Source of the DNA: Octopus sinensis
Lineage: Eukaryota
Length of the DNA: 64,000 bases
Assembly: GCF_006345805.1 (NCBI RefSeq)
Contig: NC_043006.1
Span: 63,922,001 to 63,986,000 of the forward strand
Reading direction: 5' to 3'
The position numbers and the translations under genes are program-made. Shown one piece after another: positions 23,339 through 36,642 of the stretch (position 1 is its first letter; every line of letters starts with the position of its first letter). The notes under the pieces were generated by a model. That model was given only the letters and a program-made list of their open reading frames with translations. It did no database searches and was not told where the DNA came from.

Positions 23339-26249
23339 CAGGGATGGGGAACCTATGGCCTTCTGGGTCAACAAATGTGGTCTTCTGCAGCCTTTGATGC
23401 AAATGTTAATATATATTTTTTAAGACTTTGATTTTTTTTGTCTATACTTTTTATGCATAAATTTACAATACACACACACACATATATACAATGAGAGGAA
23501 AAATAAATTGTGTTCAGTGATGTCACTCCCAGAAATTGGAAGCATTTTTCTATGAACCTAATGAATATAAAACTTAAAACAACATGGCTATAATGGCAAC
23601 ATTTCCTTGTCAGTCACACCAGCATAGTGGGAGTGAGTGACCTTACATGTGACACATGTAGAGTTCTTGTCTCGCATACCTCCTCGCTGTGGTTTGCACT
23701 ATGTACTACTCAGTTAACTGTAGTCGTGACTAAGTTCATAGTGACTTGTGAGATTGTAAGTCTAAGTTAGTTTCAGCCTCATTTGAAAGCGTACATTCAC
23801 CAGTGCATGCATAGTTTTGCAGACTTACTTTTTATCACTGAGATTTTATTAGTAACAATGATCGAATTCATTGCTACTCTGTTAGGCCTACTGCACTCTG
23901 TTCCAGATAAAACGGTCTTAGATAAGACACGATCAATCAGCATGCGAAACCATGTTCTTGAAATCTTGGTCATGACTTTAGCAATTGTTATTGTTTTGAT
24001 TGAAAACCGTCGATATTTGACTAATTGGGTAATGATAAATAATAGTACTAATTACAGAAAAGAATATTATGAACCTAGATGATATTTATTCTCAAATGGT
24101 AGTGATAATTGCCAAATTCAAGACCAAGAATATGGTTTTGGATGCAGGTTTATCGTATCTTGTCTGAGATCGTTTTTTTCTGGGTCAGTGTGCAGCCGGC
24201 CTAACTAATTCATTATCATTTTATTTTTTTATCGGTATTCCAGAATAAAAACAATTTTCAACCCATAAGTATGTTGAAGAAATTGAAATGAATTTTGAAA
24301 GAAGAATGGGAGTTACAATATTTTTTAGTGAATAGTGGAAGCAAAATGTCTTGTGATACTTCAATTGTAATGGTTAAGAAATTCAATGTACAGCAGCATT
24401 ATGCTCTTCATAAAGATAATAAATATGCCGAATTAGAGGGTGAGTCTTGAAAGATAGCACTGCAGAAACTGAAGGATGGAAAACAAAAGCAAAGACAATT
24501 TTTACATTCTGTGTTACATCAAGGGAATGGGGCGACAGAAGCCAGCTATAAAGTTGCATATGTGCTTGGAAAAAAAGGTAAACCATTCATCGATTCAGAA
24601 CTCATAAAGGAATGTATTTTAGAAGTGGTAAGATGTATAGATCCAGGTAAAGTTAACAAATATAAGGAGGTGCTTCTTTCAAGAAAAAACTAATTCAGAT
24701 TGACAGCATGAATTGACATGTGATGTAACAGAGCAGCTGAAAAATATAATCCACAAAGAAAATGTATATTATTCAGTAGCTTTGGATGAATAGACAGATT
24801 CCACTGATTCAGCACAGATATTGTATTTTATTTGTGCTATAATTGATGATCTTCAATTATATGAAGAATTGCTTGCTTTAGACACCCTTAAAGGAAGGAT
24901 GCGGGGGATAGATATTTTTAACAACTTCAAAGAGCAATGCCACAAAGTAGGACTAAATATTAGTTATTTGGTGTGTGCTCCAGCTATGATGGCTAAGAAT
25001 GAAGGATTTATTGCACATCTTAAAAGAGAAACCAAAGATCCAAGTGAACTGATTTCTTTTCATTGTATTTTACATCAGCAAAATCTGCCATTTTAAATGA
25101 TATTTTGCATAAGGTTATAAGTATTGTAAACTATATTTGAGCAAATGCCACGAAACATCATCAGTTTAGAAGCATGCTGATGAAGTAATTAGTGTAGATT
25201 TGCCTTATCACTCAAAAGTACGCTGGCTGTCACAAGGGAAAGTATTGGTCAAAATTGTATCTTTATGAAAGCAAATAATTGATTTTTTTCAAAGGAAACA
25301 ACAAACATTGTGATTTATCAGATCCAAACTTTTACAGAGATGTTGCATTTTTATGTGATGTTATGTCAAAACAAAATGAGTTAAGCATTTCGTTGCAAGG
25401 CAGAAATAAATCTATTTATGATATGTGGCAAAAAATTCAGGCATTTGGAAAAAAGGTGTTGTTGGTTAAATCAAAACTTTCAGAGGAACGCTTTCCCCAG
25501 TTTATGAAGGTAATGAGTGAAAATGAAGATATCTCTGGATCTTTTGAAGAATACAAGTCAGTTTTAGACTTATTAATAGAAGAATACAGCAAAAGATTCA
25601 GTGATTTTGAAAAGCATAACATCACTCTGAAACTTGCTTTTCAGCCTCACTTAGTTGATGTACCAAAAGCTCCCGAAGAGTTACAAATGGAGCTTATTGA
25701 TATGTCTGAAGATAATGTCCTGAAATCTCAGTTTGACAACAGGGATAATCCCATTGAAATTTGGAAAAAGGCGGTAGAATATCCTTGTCTTTGTGAACAT
25801 GCACACCGACTGATTTCCTGCGAATCCACATTCTCGTACTTGACGTAAATCAAGAATTCACTGAGAACAGTTGACAGATGAGCATTTAGAGGACCAATTG
25901 ATACTAAGAACCACTTTGTTAGAACCTGATATCAAAGTGCTTTCTCAAAGTCATTCATTTGAATAAAAAGTAAATACTTGCTTAAAGGAAATATTTCAAA
26001 ATTTCATATTCTCGGTGATTATAAGCTTGATTTTTAAAAAATATTATTCATTTACTTATTAAAAAAAAGTTCTTAAGTAAAATATTTGAAAATGTCATAA
26101 TTCCAATTTTTATTCACCTGTCTCTATTTTTTTATGGCATTACTATTAAAGTACTTAGCGGCCTAAGCCTAGAGATAAAATGACAAAAGAAATATTTGTT
26201 CAATGCAGCCTCTATGAGGGGCGATGAATTGTAAGGTGGCCCACCCCTG
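23339..26249 (+). mobile_element. hAT (Charlie/SPIN/Buster-type) DNA transposon with decayed transposase, in SENP intron 1
   Basis: TIRs CAGGGATGGGGAACCT and AGGTGGCCCACCCCTG; 8-bp TSD GACTAGTC/GACTAATC. Transposase pieces GKKGKPF, SVALDE, FHCILHQQNL, AFLCDV, CESTFS are interrupted by stops. Confidence 0.9.
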
Positions 26250-26585
26250 GACTAATCTATTAGCTTTTATCTTTTACTTGTTTCAGTCATTGAACTGTGG
26301 CCATGCTGGGGCTGCACCTTGAAGGGTTTTTAGTGGAATCAATCCAGTAGCTCAACAATTTGTTAAGCAAATTTCAGTGGAATAAAATAACTTTCTTGAA
26401 AACAAGTAAGGGTTAGCAACAGCAAGGGCATCCAATGATAGAATATTTTCTCAAGCAGTTTCATCTAAACCCATGCCAGCATGCAAAAAGCGACCAACAT
26501 AAAAATGATGATGATGATGCTTATTCATTTAATAATTTTTTTATTTATCTATTTATTTATTTCTGTATCCTCTCTCTCTCCCTAG

Positions 26586-26653
26586 GCGTCTGCAGTCATT
26601 AGATATTGAAGAATATCCATCTGCCCCCAAGCGACGGAAAGTTGAAAAGAACT
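26586..26653 (+). CDS. SENP1: SENP exon 2 (NLS-like PKRRK)
   Basis: CCCTAG|G..RLQSLDIEEYPSAPKRRKVEKN T|GTAAGT; 68 nt, phase 2 to 1. Confidence 0.8.
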
Positions 26654-28242
26654 GTAAGTCCATATTTTCTTTTATATAGTCCATGAACATATGAACTAAA
26701 ATATCCTGGGGTTTATTGCCATTTAATATAATAATAGCTTCTAAGGCAGCAAACTGGCAGAATCGATAGCGCACATAGATGGACAAAATGCTTGGCGGCA
26801 TTTTGTCCATCTTTGTGTTCTTGAGTTCAAATTCCACCAAGGTTGACTTTGCCTTTCATCCTTTTGGGGTCAATAAAATAAGTACCAGTTGAGCATTGGG
26901 GTCAGAATAATCAACTTACCCCCCCCCCCCACGAAGTTGCTGGCCTTGTGCCAAAATTTGAATCCAAAGTAATAATGGCTTCTGTCTCTTCTGGCTAGGC
27001 AGTGGTTCTCCCCATCTCTTTCGATAAAATACCACTGTTTGTTCCTACATTAACATATTAGTCTCCCTTGGTAGTTCACCACTGATCCCTTGTTATCACT
27101 GTTTTACCTAATAGCTACCTAGTGAATCACCAGTTTTTAAAAATTTCTATTGCAGTAATAATTCCTAGTGGATCGGTACTGCCTGCTTAGTAGAACAATA
27201 GTCCCTCCTCTTCATCATTATCATCGTTTAACGTCTGCTTCCCATGCTGGCATGGGTCAGACGGTTTGACTGAGGACTGCTGAGCCAGATGGCTGCACCA
27301 GGCTCCAATCTGATCTGGCAAGGTTTCTACAGCTGGATGCCTTTCCTAATGCCAACCACTCGAAGAGTGTGGTGGGTGCTTTTACATGCCACCGGCATGA
27401 GGGCCAGTCAGGCAGTTCTGATAATGACCACGCTCAAAGGTGTTTTTACATGCTACCTGCATGAGAACTAGTCCGGCGGCACTGGCAACGACCATGCTCG
27501 AATGTTGTTTTTCACGTGCCATCAGCACATGTGCCGGTAAGGCAATGCTTGGCAACGATCACACTCGAATGGTGCTTTTCATGTGTTACTGGCACGAGAG
27601 TCAATCCATGGCCCTGCAATGATCACGCTCGGATGTGCTTTTAATGTTCTACTGGCATGAGTGCCTCTATAAACATATTCTTTTCTACTCTAAGCAGAAG
27701 GCCCAAAATTTTTAGGGTGGGTGGGGTAGTCGATTAGGTTGACTTCAGTATGCAACTGGAACTTAATTTATCAACCCCGAGAGGATGAAAGGCAAAGTCG
27801 GCTGAATTTGAACTCAGAATGTAAAGACAGACGAAATACCACTAAGCATTTCGCTCCACATGCTAACATTTCTGCCAGCTCACTGCCTTATAAACATATT
27901 GGTATCTGTCTAGTGAATCATCTGTCTCCGCACTATTGACATGACAGTGCTAAGTGGATGACTAGTGTAACTGACGCAGAATTGTGAGTCTAAAAAGTCA
28001 CTGGTGAATGTCCGTGCTAGAAAGAAGAGTTGTTACAACAGAGCCATGGAGAGATGGAACTTCCAATCTCTAGAAATGTTAAGATTTCTGTAGGTGAGAG
28101 AGAGAGGAGAGAATCGTTTGACTTGGTAAAAAATGCAGACCAACCTGAAAGGAACAAAGACAAACATGTTCTTCTTTTGGCCAAGGTTTCGTCAGCTTTT
28201 TCAAGTTTTACATGAAAAGGAAAATGAGGGTATAAAGTGAAG

Positions 28243-28522
28243 TTAACAGCCACCCTCAATACATATAAAGGTGGTGTAGTAACAGCCATCCTCAATACAT
28301 ATAAAGGTGGTGTAGTAACAGCCACCCTCAATACATATAAAGGTGGTGTGGTAACAGCCACCCTCAATACATATAAAGGTGGTGTGGTAACAGCCACCCT
28401 CAATACATATAAAGGTGGTGTAGTAACAGCCACCCTCAGTACATATAAAGTGAAGTGTGTAGTAACAGCCACCCTCAATAAAGATAAAGGTGGTGTAGTA
28501 ACAGCCACTTTTAATATGTATA
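28243..28522. repeat. 36-bp minisatellite x about 8 in SENP intron 2
   Basis: Unit GGTGGTGTAGTAACAGCCACCCTCAATACATATAAA. Confidence 0.95.
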
Positions 28523-28957
28523 CATTGAGGGTGGTCATTACCTTGGACTTCAGTTTGATGCTGAGGATGGTGTCATACAACCTAATGCATCTAAGACGCA
28601 TTGTCACATGCTAAAGCTAATAACAACAGTGACACTTGTAGTTGAATCTTGGTTGCTCCTGTTTAGCTTGTGTACACCCTGATCAAGCAGGCCTTTGATC
28701 TAAGATGATCCATCAGTGACCATCATTTTAGAGCTATCTAATATTACATTATGTAATGTGACCTTCCCTCTTTTTAGATGGTGGGGTATTATCTAAAAGG
28801 GGTTTGATTACTATTGGACCACTTCAGTGTTTTCTTGTTGGCTGGGTGGTGGAATTTTGTTTCTTTTCCGTTTAACAAAACTATTATTTTATAATTTTTC
28901 TTCCTTCTCTTTTTTGACCACACTTGTTCACACACAAAGTTCTAGCAAAATTGACAG

Positions 28958-29265
28958 ACTTTGGTTCGAAAATGGCTGAATGGTTTGTTCATGGCAAGAA
29001 CCATTTATTAAGCCATTGGGAAATGAACAATGAAGACAAGCAGAGGAATTCCCAGGCATGTTGTGATAAACACTGCCATCACAGTGGTGTCCAATGCTTG
29101 CCCCAGCCATCATCAGAAGTCAGCAACAACCCAAACCTTAGAGCCTCTTCGGAACACAATCCTGACATTTCATCTGATGAAGCAGGTCGAACGGTGTCAA
29201 AGAAAAATTCTAAGTTAAAAGAATCCCAGTCTGTTCCAAACCAGTCTACTTTATTTAAAAATAAG
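28958..29265 (+). CDS. SENP1: SENP exon 3
   Basis: GACAG|AC TTT GGT..FGSKMAEWFVHG...LFKNK|GTAAGA; phase 1 to 0. An alternative in-phase acceptor exists at 28946. Confidence 0.7.
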
Positions 29266-29689
29266 GTAAGAATTGAGATTTTTCATTAATATTTTGTCCT
29301 TTGATTAATTCTTGATTATTAACTTTATTTAATAATTTGCGAAAATTGGTGAAGGTCAGCATTGGCAAAAAAAGTTGACAAAATTGGATCTGTTTGTATG
29401 GATTCTTGACATCTCACACACTTAGCAAAATTTGAGAACATTAATAATCTTAAGTTAATTATTCTTTATCCAATTATTGGTTTCCTTAACTGTGATCACT
29501 TTGAGGTTCTATTGATTGTTAAATATACATACATATGAGGTTTGCAGAAAACTTGAACATGAAGGAATGGGAGAAAAGGTGACATTGTGTCTGGCCTGAA
29601 TTTGTATATGTGTATATATCATCATCATTTAACAGCTGCCTTCCAAGCTGGCGTATATATAATCAAACTTGCTGATATGGCTGATGACA

Positions 29690-30105
29690 GTACTGCCAGA
29701 TTGGCACTCATGCCAGGGCCACAGATTGGCTCCCATGCTGGTGGCATGTGTAAAGTACCATTCAAGCGTGATCATTGCCAGAGTCACCCTACTGGCATGT
29801 GCTGGTGGCATGTGAAAAACAACATTCGAGCATAGTCGTTGCCAGTGCCACTGAACTGGCTCCTGTGTGGGTAGCATGTAAAAAACACCTTTTGAGTGTG
29901 GTTGTTGCCAGAACCTCCTGACTGGCCCTTGTGCTGGTGGCACATAAAAGCACCCACTATACTCAGAGTGGTTGGCGTTAGGAAGGGCATCCAGCTGTAG
30001 AAACTTTGCCAGATCAGATTGAGCCTGGTGCAGCCTCTGGCTCACCAGTCCTCAGTCAAACCCATGCCAGCATGGAAAGCGGACATTGATGATGATGATG
30101 ATGAT
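29690..30105 (+). mobile_element. (GAT)n-tailed retroelement 3' end, probably an RTE 3' UTR. Other copies: 16420-16726 +, 27216-27660 -, 31673-32000 -, 32500-32670 +, 33381-33560 -, 38390-38682 +, 51600-51846 +, 53073-53290 -, 54872-54966 +, 55620-55979 +, 58253-58590 -
   Basis: Shared GGAAGGGCATCCAGCTGTAGAAA...CCAACCCATGCCAGCATGGAAAGCGGACGTTAAA(TGA)n with 5' truncation. RTE assignment is inference. Confidence 0.7.
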
Positions 30106-32231
30106 ATATATATATATATATATATATACAAAACAATGAGAGAGTCCACTATGTGGACGCTCTAACGCTAGATATAGATCTGCAAAGGGAATCTGCCACC
30201 AAAGAATTGTTATAAATTATATATATATATATATGTATATGATGTGCAATTGTGGCTGTGTGGTAAGAAACTTGCTTCTCAATCACATGGTTCTGGGTTC
30301 AGTTCCACTGCATGACACCTTGGGCAAGAGTCTTCTAGTATAGCCTCAAGCCAAATAAAGACTTGTGAGTGGATTTGGTAGGAGGAAACTGAAAGAAGCC
30401 CGTCATATGTGTATATATCTATGTGTGTGTATCTGTATTTGTCACCTCCGTCACCGCTTGACAACCAGTGTTGGTATATTTACATCCCCATAACTTAATG
30501 GTTCAGCACAGCAAAAGAGACTGATAGAATGAGTACTAAGCTTAAAAAATAAGTTCTGCAGTCGATTTGTTTGACTAAAATCCTTCAAGGCAATGCTCCA
30601 GCATGGCCGTAGTCAAATGACAGAAACAAGAGAATATATATATATATATATACCCCCCCCCAATCATCTTCACTTAATGTCCACTTTTCCTTGCTTGCAT
30701 GGGTCAAATAATTTAAGGCAGATTTCGTACATCTTATGGCCTTCATGTCACCGACCCTTACCTGTTTCCAAGTAAAGTAATCTCCCCCACCCCCTACTAG
30801 TCTGCCATTCTTCACAGAAAACTGGAAATGAACAACATCACTTTTATGACAATAATGGTTTAAAAACAACAATAACTTTTCCCTAGGGATTGGTGGTCAT
30901 ATGTGAAAACACCTCTCATAATGAAAGTTCTGGGCTGTTAGGCTTCTTCTTTATCGTTGTGTTGGTTATTATGTTTCTGTTTTTCTCCCTTCTATCCCCT
31001 TTTAATTTTGCTCCTTAAATCTCATTCCTATGTTCATTTTCTTCATCCATTCAGCAAAGCAGGGAAATGTTCATCTTCAAAACAGGAACACAGCCTAAAG
31101 GTAAGTGAAGTACATTGGGTTTGTTCTTTTGTTTTTTTTTCTATATGGCATGGTCGTGTGGTTGGGGAGTTTGCTTGCCAACCATGGGGTTTTAGGTTCA
31201 GACCCCTGCATGGCAACTTGAGCAAGTGTCTTCTGCTACAGCCCTGGGCTGACCAAAGCCTTGTGAGTGGATTTAGTAGATAAAAAAACAAAAAACAAAA
31301 ATAAACTGGCATTCTGATGGTTAATCCCATCAATGGGATTGTGAAATTAACATGGAAGTGGCTGAGCACTCCACAGACATGCATACCATTAGCGTAGTTT
31401 TCAGGGAGATTCAGCATGACACAATGTGAGAAGGCTGGCCCTTTTGAATTACAGGAAGAACTCATTTTTGCCAGCTTAGTGGACTGGAGCAATGTGAAAT
31501 AAAGTGTCTTGATTAAGGCGCCTCTGGGAATCAAGCTCACAACCTTCTGACCATAAGCCAAATACTCTAACCACTAAGCCATGTGCCTTCATTGGATTTA
31601 GTAGAAAGAAACTGAACGAAGCTCATCATACATATATACATGAATGTGTGTGTTCTTGTCTTGACAGCACATCACCATCATCGTTTAACATTCATTTTCC
31701 ATGCTGGCATGGGTTGGACGGCTTGACTGGAGTCTGGGAAGCCAGGAGGCTGCTTTAGGCTCCAGTCTGATCTGGCAGTGTTTCTACAGCTGGATGCCCT
31801 TCCTAACACCAACCACTCCGAGAGCGTAGTGGGTGCTTTTTATGTACCACTGGCACAGGGGCCAGAAGGGGCTGGCAATGACTATGGTTGGTTGGTGCTT
31901 TTTACATGCCACCGGCACAGAAGCCAGTCAAGGTGGTGCTGGCATTGGCCATGTTTGGACAGTGCTTCTTACGTACCACCAGCAAGGGGATTACAACTAC
32001 AATTTCCATTTGATTTTGATGTACTTGACTCAATAGGTCTCCTCAAGCATGGCATGTCGCCCTACAATCCAAGGTACTTTTGAGTGGGCTGATTATGCGA
32101 TACTGGTGTAGGTTACAGCTGTGAACTCACTTTATTTGCTGGGTCTTCTCAGTCACAGCATATATCCAGAGGTCTCTGTCTTTTGTTATTGCCTCTGTGA
32201 AGCCCAACATTTGAAGGTCATGATTGTTTAT

Positions 32232-32990
32232 ATTATTGACATTTGACAGATATTTGTCATCTTGTTTGTTGTTAACATGACATTTTGGCTGATATACCTT
32301 CCAACCTTCATCAGGTGTCTTGGTGAAAAATTAACGTTCTTTGTTCAAATTCCACTGAGGTTGACTTTGCCTTTCATCTTTTCAGGGTCGATTAAATATG
32401 TACCAGTTAATCACTGGGGTCAATGTAGTCAACTTAATCCCCTTGTTTGTCCTCTCTATGTTTAGCCCCCTGTGGGCAATAAAGAAATAAATTTATTAAA
32501 AACACCCACTACACTCGCGGAGTGGTTGGCGTTAGGAAGGGCATCCAGCCGTAGAAACACTGCCAGATCTGACTGGGCCTGACGAAGCCTCCCAGCTTCA
32601 CAGACCCCAGTTGACCCGTCCAACCCATGCTAGCATGGAAAGCGGACGCTAAATGATGATGATGATGATGATTATTATTATTATTTAGGTCACTGCTTGG
32701 AATTGAACTTGGAAGCTTTGGGTTAGTAGCCTGTGCTCTTAACTACTATGCCATATGCCCGTGGGCATATGGTGTAGTAGTTAAGAGCGCGGGCTGCTAA
32801 CCTCAAGATTCCAATAACATCAAAAAATACCTTAGGAATGAGAACCCAGGTTCGAAATTTCCCCAAGACACCTGATGAAGGCTGGAGGGTATATTAGCTG
32901 AAACATTAACAACAAACAAGATGAGGACAAATATCCGTCAAATGTAAATAATGTACATAATTCCTCATCTCTTAAATATAGAACTGTTCA
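32232..32990. mobile_element. tRNA-headed element in head-to-head inverted dimer, interrupted by nested insertions; relatives at 40449-40741, 47755-48184, 56066-56290
   Basis: Minus tail 32232-32325, minus head to 32760, palindromic centre CCATATGCCC-GT-GGGCATATGG, plus head and tail to 32990. Confidence 0.8.
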
Positions 32991-33653
32991 TGATAGTTGT
33001 AAATGAGTGTCATTGTTATACAAGCAGCATCATTCATTTCCAATATATATATATTGAGACTGTCTGGCCATAAGGAAAATATTAAGCTTACTTGAAACGA
33101 GGGTTAGCAACAGGAAGGGCATCGAACCGTAGAAAATTTGCTTGAACAAATTTCTATCTGACCCATGCATGCATAGAAAAGTGGATGTTAAATAAAGATG
33201 CAGGATGTGTTCTTTTTTGGTGGTTAACTTTAGGTCAGTCCTGATCCAGTCCACCTACGAGGAAAGCCATTCCAGTTGGGACCAGTCCGTTTCTGGGGGT
33301 TATTGTTTTAGCTTCTTTATCCAATGTGTTTTTTCCTAACCTAAAATGGTAGGCTGAGATGTGGGTATTTTTTGTTGGAGATGCATCATCATTTAACATC
33401 CGTTTTCCATGCTGGCATGGGTTGGACAGTTTGTCAGGAGCTGGTAAGCCGGAGAGCTGCACCAGGCTCCAGTTGTCTATTTTGGCATCATTTCTACAGC
33501 TAGATGTCCTTCCTAACACCAACCACTGTAAAGAGTGCACTGGGTGCTTTATACATGTCACCAGCAATAAAAGAAATTACTACTACTACAACCACCATCA
33601 TCATCATTATTTTTACTACTACTGCTTGTACAATTGTTATTTCAGCATTTCAG

Positions 33654-33830
33654 AAACCTATTCAATTACGGAAAAACTTCCAGCACCCTGCCAGATTAAA
33701 TGGAGGCCAGAGATTCTCTACTCCATTGGTGCTTACTCGCAGCAAACTGTACAGTATACCCAGCAAGCCATGGCAACATACAGATATCTGCAGACCAATG
33801 TCCAATCAACAAAGATCCACTGCTGAAGAG
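33654..33830 (+). CDS. SENP1: SENP exon 4
   Basis: TTTCAG|KPIQLRKN...RSTAEE|GTATGT; 177 nt. STAEE matches the recalled SENP1 STAEET motif. Confidence 0.85.
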
Positions 33831-35597
33831 GTATGTTGTATATATAGGAATAAAGTGTTTTTGGTAGCGCATAGAATAGTATATTGGTGAAAATAATAAG
33901 GTTAGACAGAAGAAATGGAGGAATTGTTCCTTAGTTTATAGAGGTACAGAAAGTTAGCAAATTGTCCAAATACTATAAAAACCCATGTAATTTGCGCACC
34001 TTGGTAATTTATGCTGGTGATTTTTCAGGATAAAATTTGTTAAGAAAAGCTTTTACTCGTGTAAAATTTGCACCCAAAAGTTTTCAGAATTGTCTATATG
34101 ACCAGGGAGAAAAGGTTTTCAATTTAGTTGTATTTAGCATAATTTCACTTACTTATGATTCAATTTTATTAAATTTTCATAAAATAGAAATAATTTCTGT
34201 TTAACAGGTATCACATTAAAAGCTATTAAACTACAAAGTGTTTGTGTGGTTTATAATAATATGGCCTGGACCGTGATTACCAGCATGAACGTCAGACTTC
34301 AAAAAGTAATTAGCCATTTAATGGTTTTAGTAAATTTATACAGAAAAAGTAAACATTATACCGTCCAGCATAAATAAAAGTCAACTTCATTATGCGTATT
34401 TAAGCCATTATTTTTTCTGTAAAAACCTATTCTGACACTCAGTCAAATTCCTGCTCGAATGTTTACATTTTGTACGTCTTTTTTCAACAACAGAAATTTC
34501 TTGAAAATTCTGGAAACGATCTACTCATGTAATTTACACACCTCTAAAGTTTATTTGGCATTCTTTCGCCTATTTTGCCTTCTTTCGATATAAATATTTT
34601 ATCTGTCATTCCTTCCCAGGCTGTTTTGATGAGATGTTCAAGGCTGACTTTCATTCTCTTGACAGCTACCGTCACCGACACACTCACACAGACAGTCAAA
34701 CACACACTTACAGTTGTTCACACAGAGTTATCCACACACATTCATACATACAGTTATCCTTTCATACACACACATACATACATACATGCATACACACATA
34801 CATGATGGTTTCTAGAAACACACCACACACACATTAAATGAATCATAAAAATAAATAAAAACAAAAAAAAGATGAGTGATTTTCATTTAATTCAGAAAGA
34901 AAATTGCTGACATGAGAGAGGAACGAACCCCAGACGCTGTGTGCATGGATGTATGTATTTCAAAGGTACAGCCTTGTCATACATTGTGTCACACTGATTC
35001 TGTCTGAGAATTACATTAAGGGTGCGCATATTTATGGAATACTCAGCCACTTACGCGTTAATTTCATTGAGTAGGTAATTCATTTGATTGAACTACTGAA
35101 TGCTCATCGTTGAAACCGATGGAGAAACCATCATGTATGTATGTATGTATGAAAGATTCAAGAAACAACAAAAAAAATTACAAAAATATATCTAAAAAAA
35201 TGACATACGATTCTTAAAAACAATTACATAAAAATTAAGTATAACAGTAGTAAAAAAATACATTTGTGTATGTGTGTAGCTAACTGTGTGTGTGAACCAC
35301 TGTGTGAGTTTGATTGTCTGTGTGTGTGTGTCGGTGACGGTAGCTGTCAAGAGAATGAAAGTCCGTCTTGAACATCAAAGCGTGTGTGGTATATCAAAAC
35401 AAAAAATAAGTAGACAAAGTCTTTTTATGGATTTTACCGAACAAGCCATCAAAACAGCTGGGAAGGAATGACAGATAAAATATCTATATCGAAAGAATGC
35501 CATTTGTTTTTTATCTTTGCGAAAAAAGAAAATGCGTAAATTACCTGGGTTTTTACAGTGTATATTTATACAGACAAATGTATCTGATCTGTTTCAG

Positions 35598-35692
35598 TAT
35601 ATCCGATTAGAAGAGAAAGAACGCTATGCACAGCTATTGAGACAGTGTACCAGTGCTAACTATCCAGATACATCTACCACCTCATTGTTTCA
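35598..35692 (+). CDS. SENP1: SENP exon 5
   Basis: TTTCAG|YIRLEEKERYAQLLRQCT...LF CA|GTGAGT; matches SENP1 EEEREIYRQLL. Confidence 0.9.
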
Positions 35693-36079
35693 GTGAGTAT
35701 CTTGATGGATTCGTTTACTTCTTTTCAATTTATTCTGCATTCACATTTTGTCATTGATTTGCTTTCCATTGTTTTGTAATGTCCCATGAATTAGGATATT
35801 AATATATCGATCCCGAAAGGATTTATTCTTTTACTTGTTTCAGTCATTTGACTGCGGCCATGCTGGAGCACCGCCTTTAGTTGAGCAAATCGACCCCAGG
35901 GCTTATTCTTTGTAAGCCTAGTACTTATTTTATCGGTCTCTTTTGCCGAACTGCTAAGTTACGGGGACATAAACACATCACCATTGGTTGTCAAGCGATG
36001 CTGGGGGTACAAACACAGACACACAAACATATATATACATATATATGCGCATATACATATATATATATATACATATAAA

Positions 36080-36642
36080 TGCGCAGAGACCATCTTTCGC
36101 CACATTCCAGGGAGAAAAACTTGAAATAGTCGATAGTTTCTGTTACCTAGGTGACCAAGTCAGTAGTGGGGGTGGGTGTACCGAAAGTGTAACTGCTAGA
36201 GTAAGAATAGCCTGGGCAAAGTTCAGAGAGCTCTTATCTCTGCTGGTGACAAAAGGCCTCTCGCTCAGAGTAAAAGGCAGACTGTATGACGCATGTGTGC
36301 AAACAGCCATGCTACATGGCAGTGAAATATGGGCCGTGACTGCTGAGGATATGCGTAAGCTCGCAAGAAATGAAGCCAGTATGCTCCGTTGGATGTGTAA
36401 TGTCAGTGTTCATACCCGACAGAGTGTAAGTGCCTTGAGAGAAAAGTTGGACCTGAGAAGCATCAGATGTGGTATGCAAGAGAGGCGTCTATGCTGGTAT
36501 GGACACGTAGTAAGAATGGATGAAGATAGTTGTGTGAAAAAGTGCCACACCCTAGCAGTTGAGGGAACCTGTGGAAGAGGTAAACCCAGGAAAACCTGGG
36601 ACGAGGTGGTGAAGAACGACCTTCGCACTTTAGGTCTCAAAT
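36080..36642 (+). mobile_element. RTE-clade LINE ORF C-terminal fragment
   Basis: VDSFCYLGDQV...ARVRIAWAKFREL...KGRLYDAC...GSEIW...RRLCWYGHVVRM...RGKPRKTW; truncated at both ends. Confidence 0.9.

Noticed and set aside
24260-25930. Domesticated GTF2IRD2/ZBED-like gene
   Set aside because: Multiple stops and frameshifts, a lost catalytic motif, and retained TIRs and TSD indicate a dead transposon.
28017-28614. Repeat-protein ORFs on both strands, and a CRISPR-like appearance
   Set aside because: Both are products of a 36-bp minisatellite. The spacers are identical, there are no cas genes, and the context is a eukaryotic intron.
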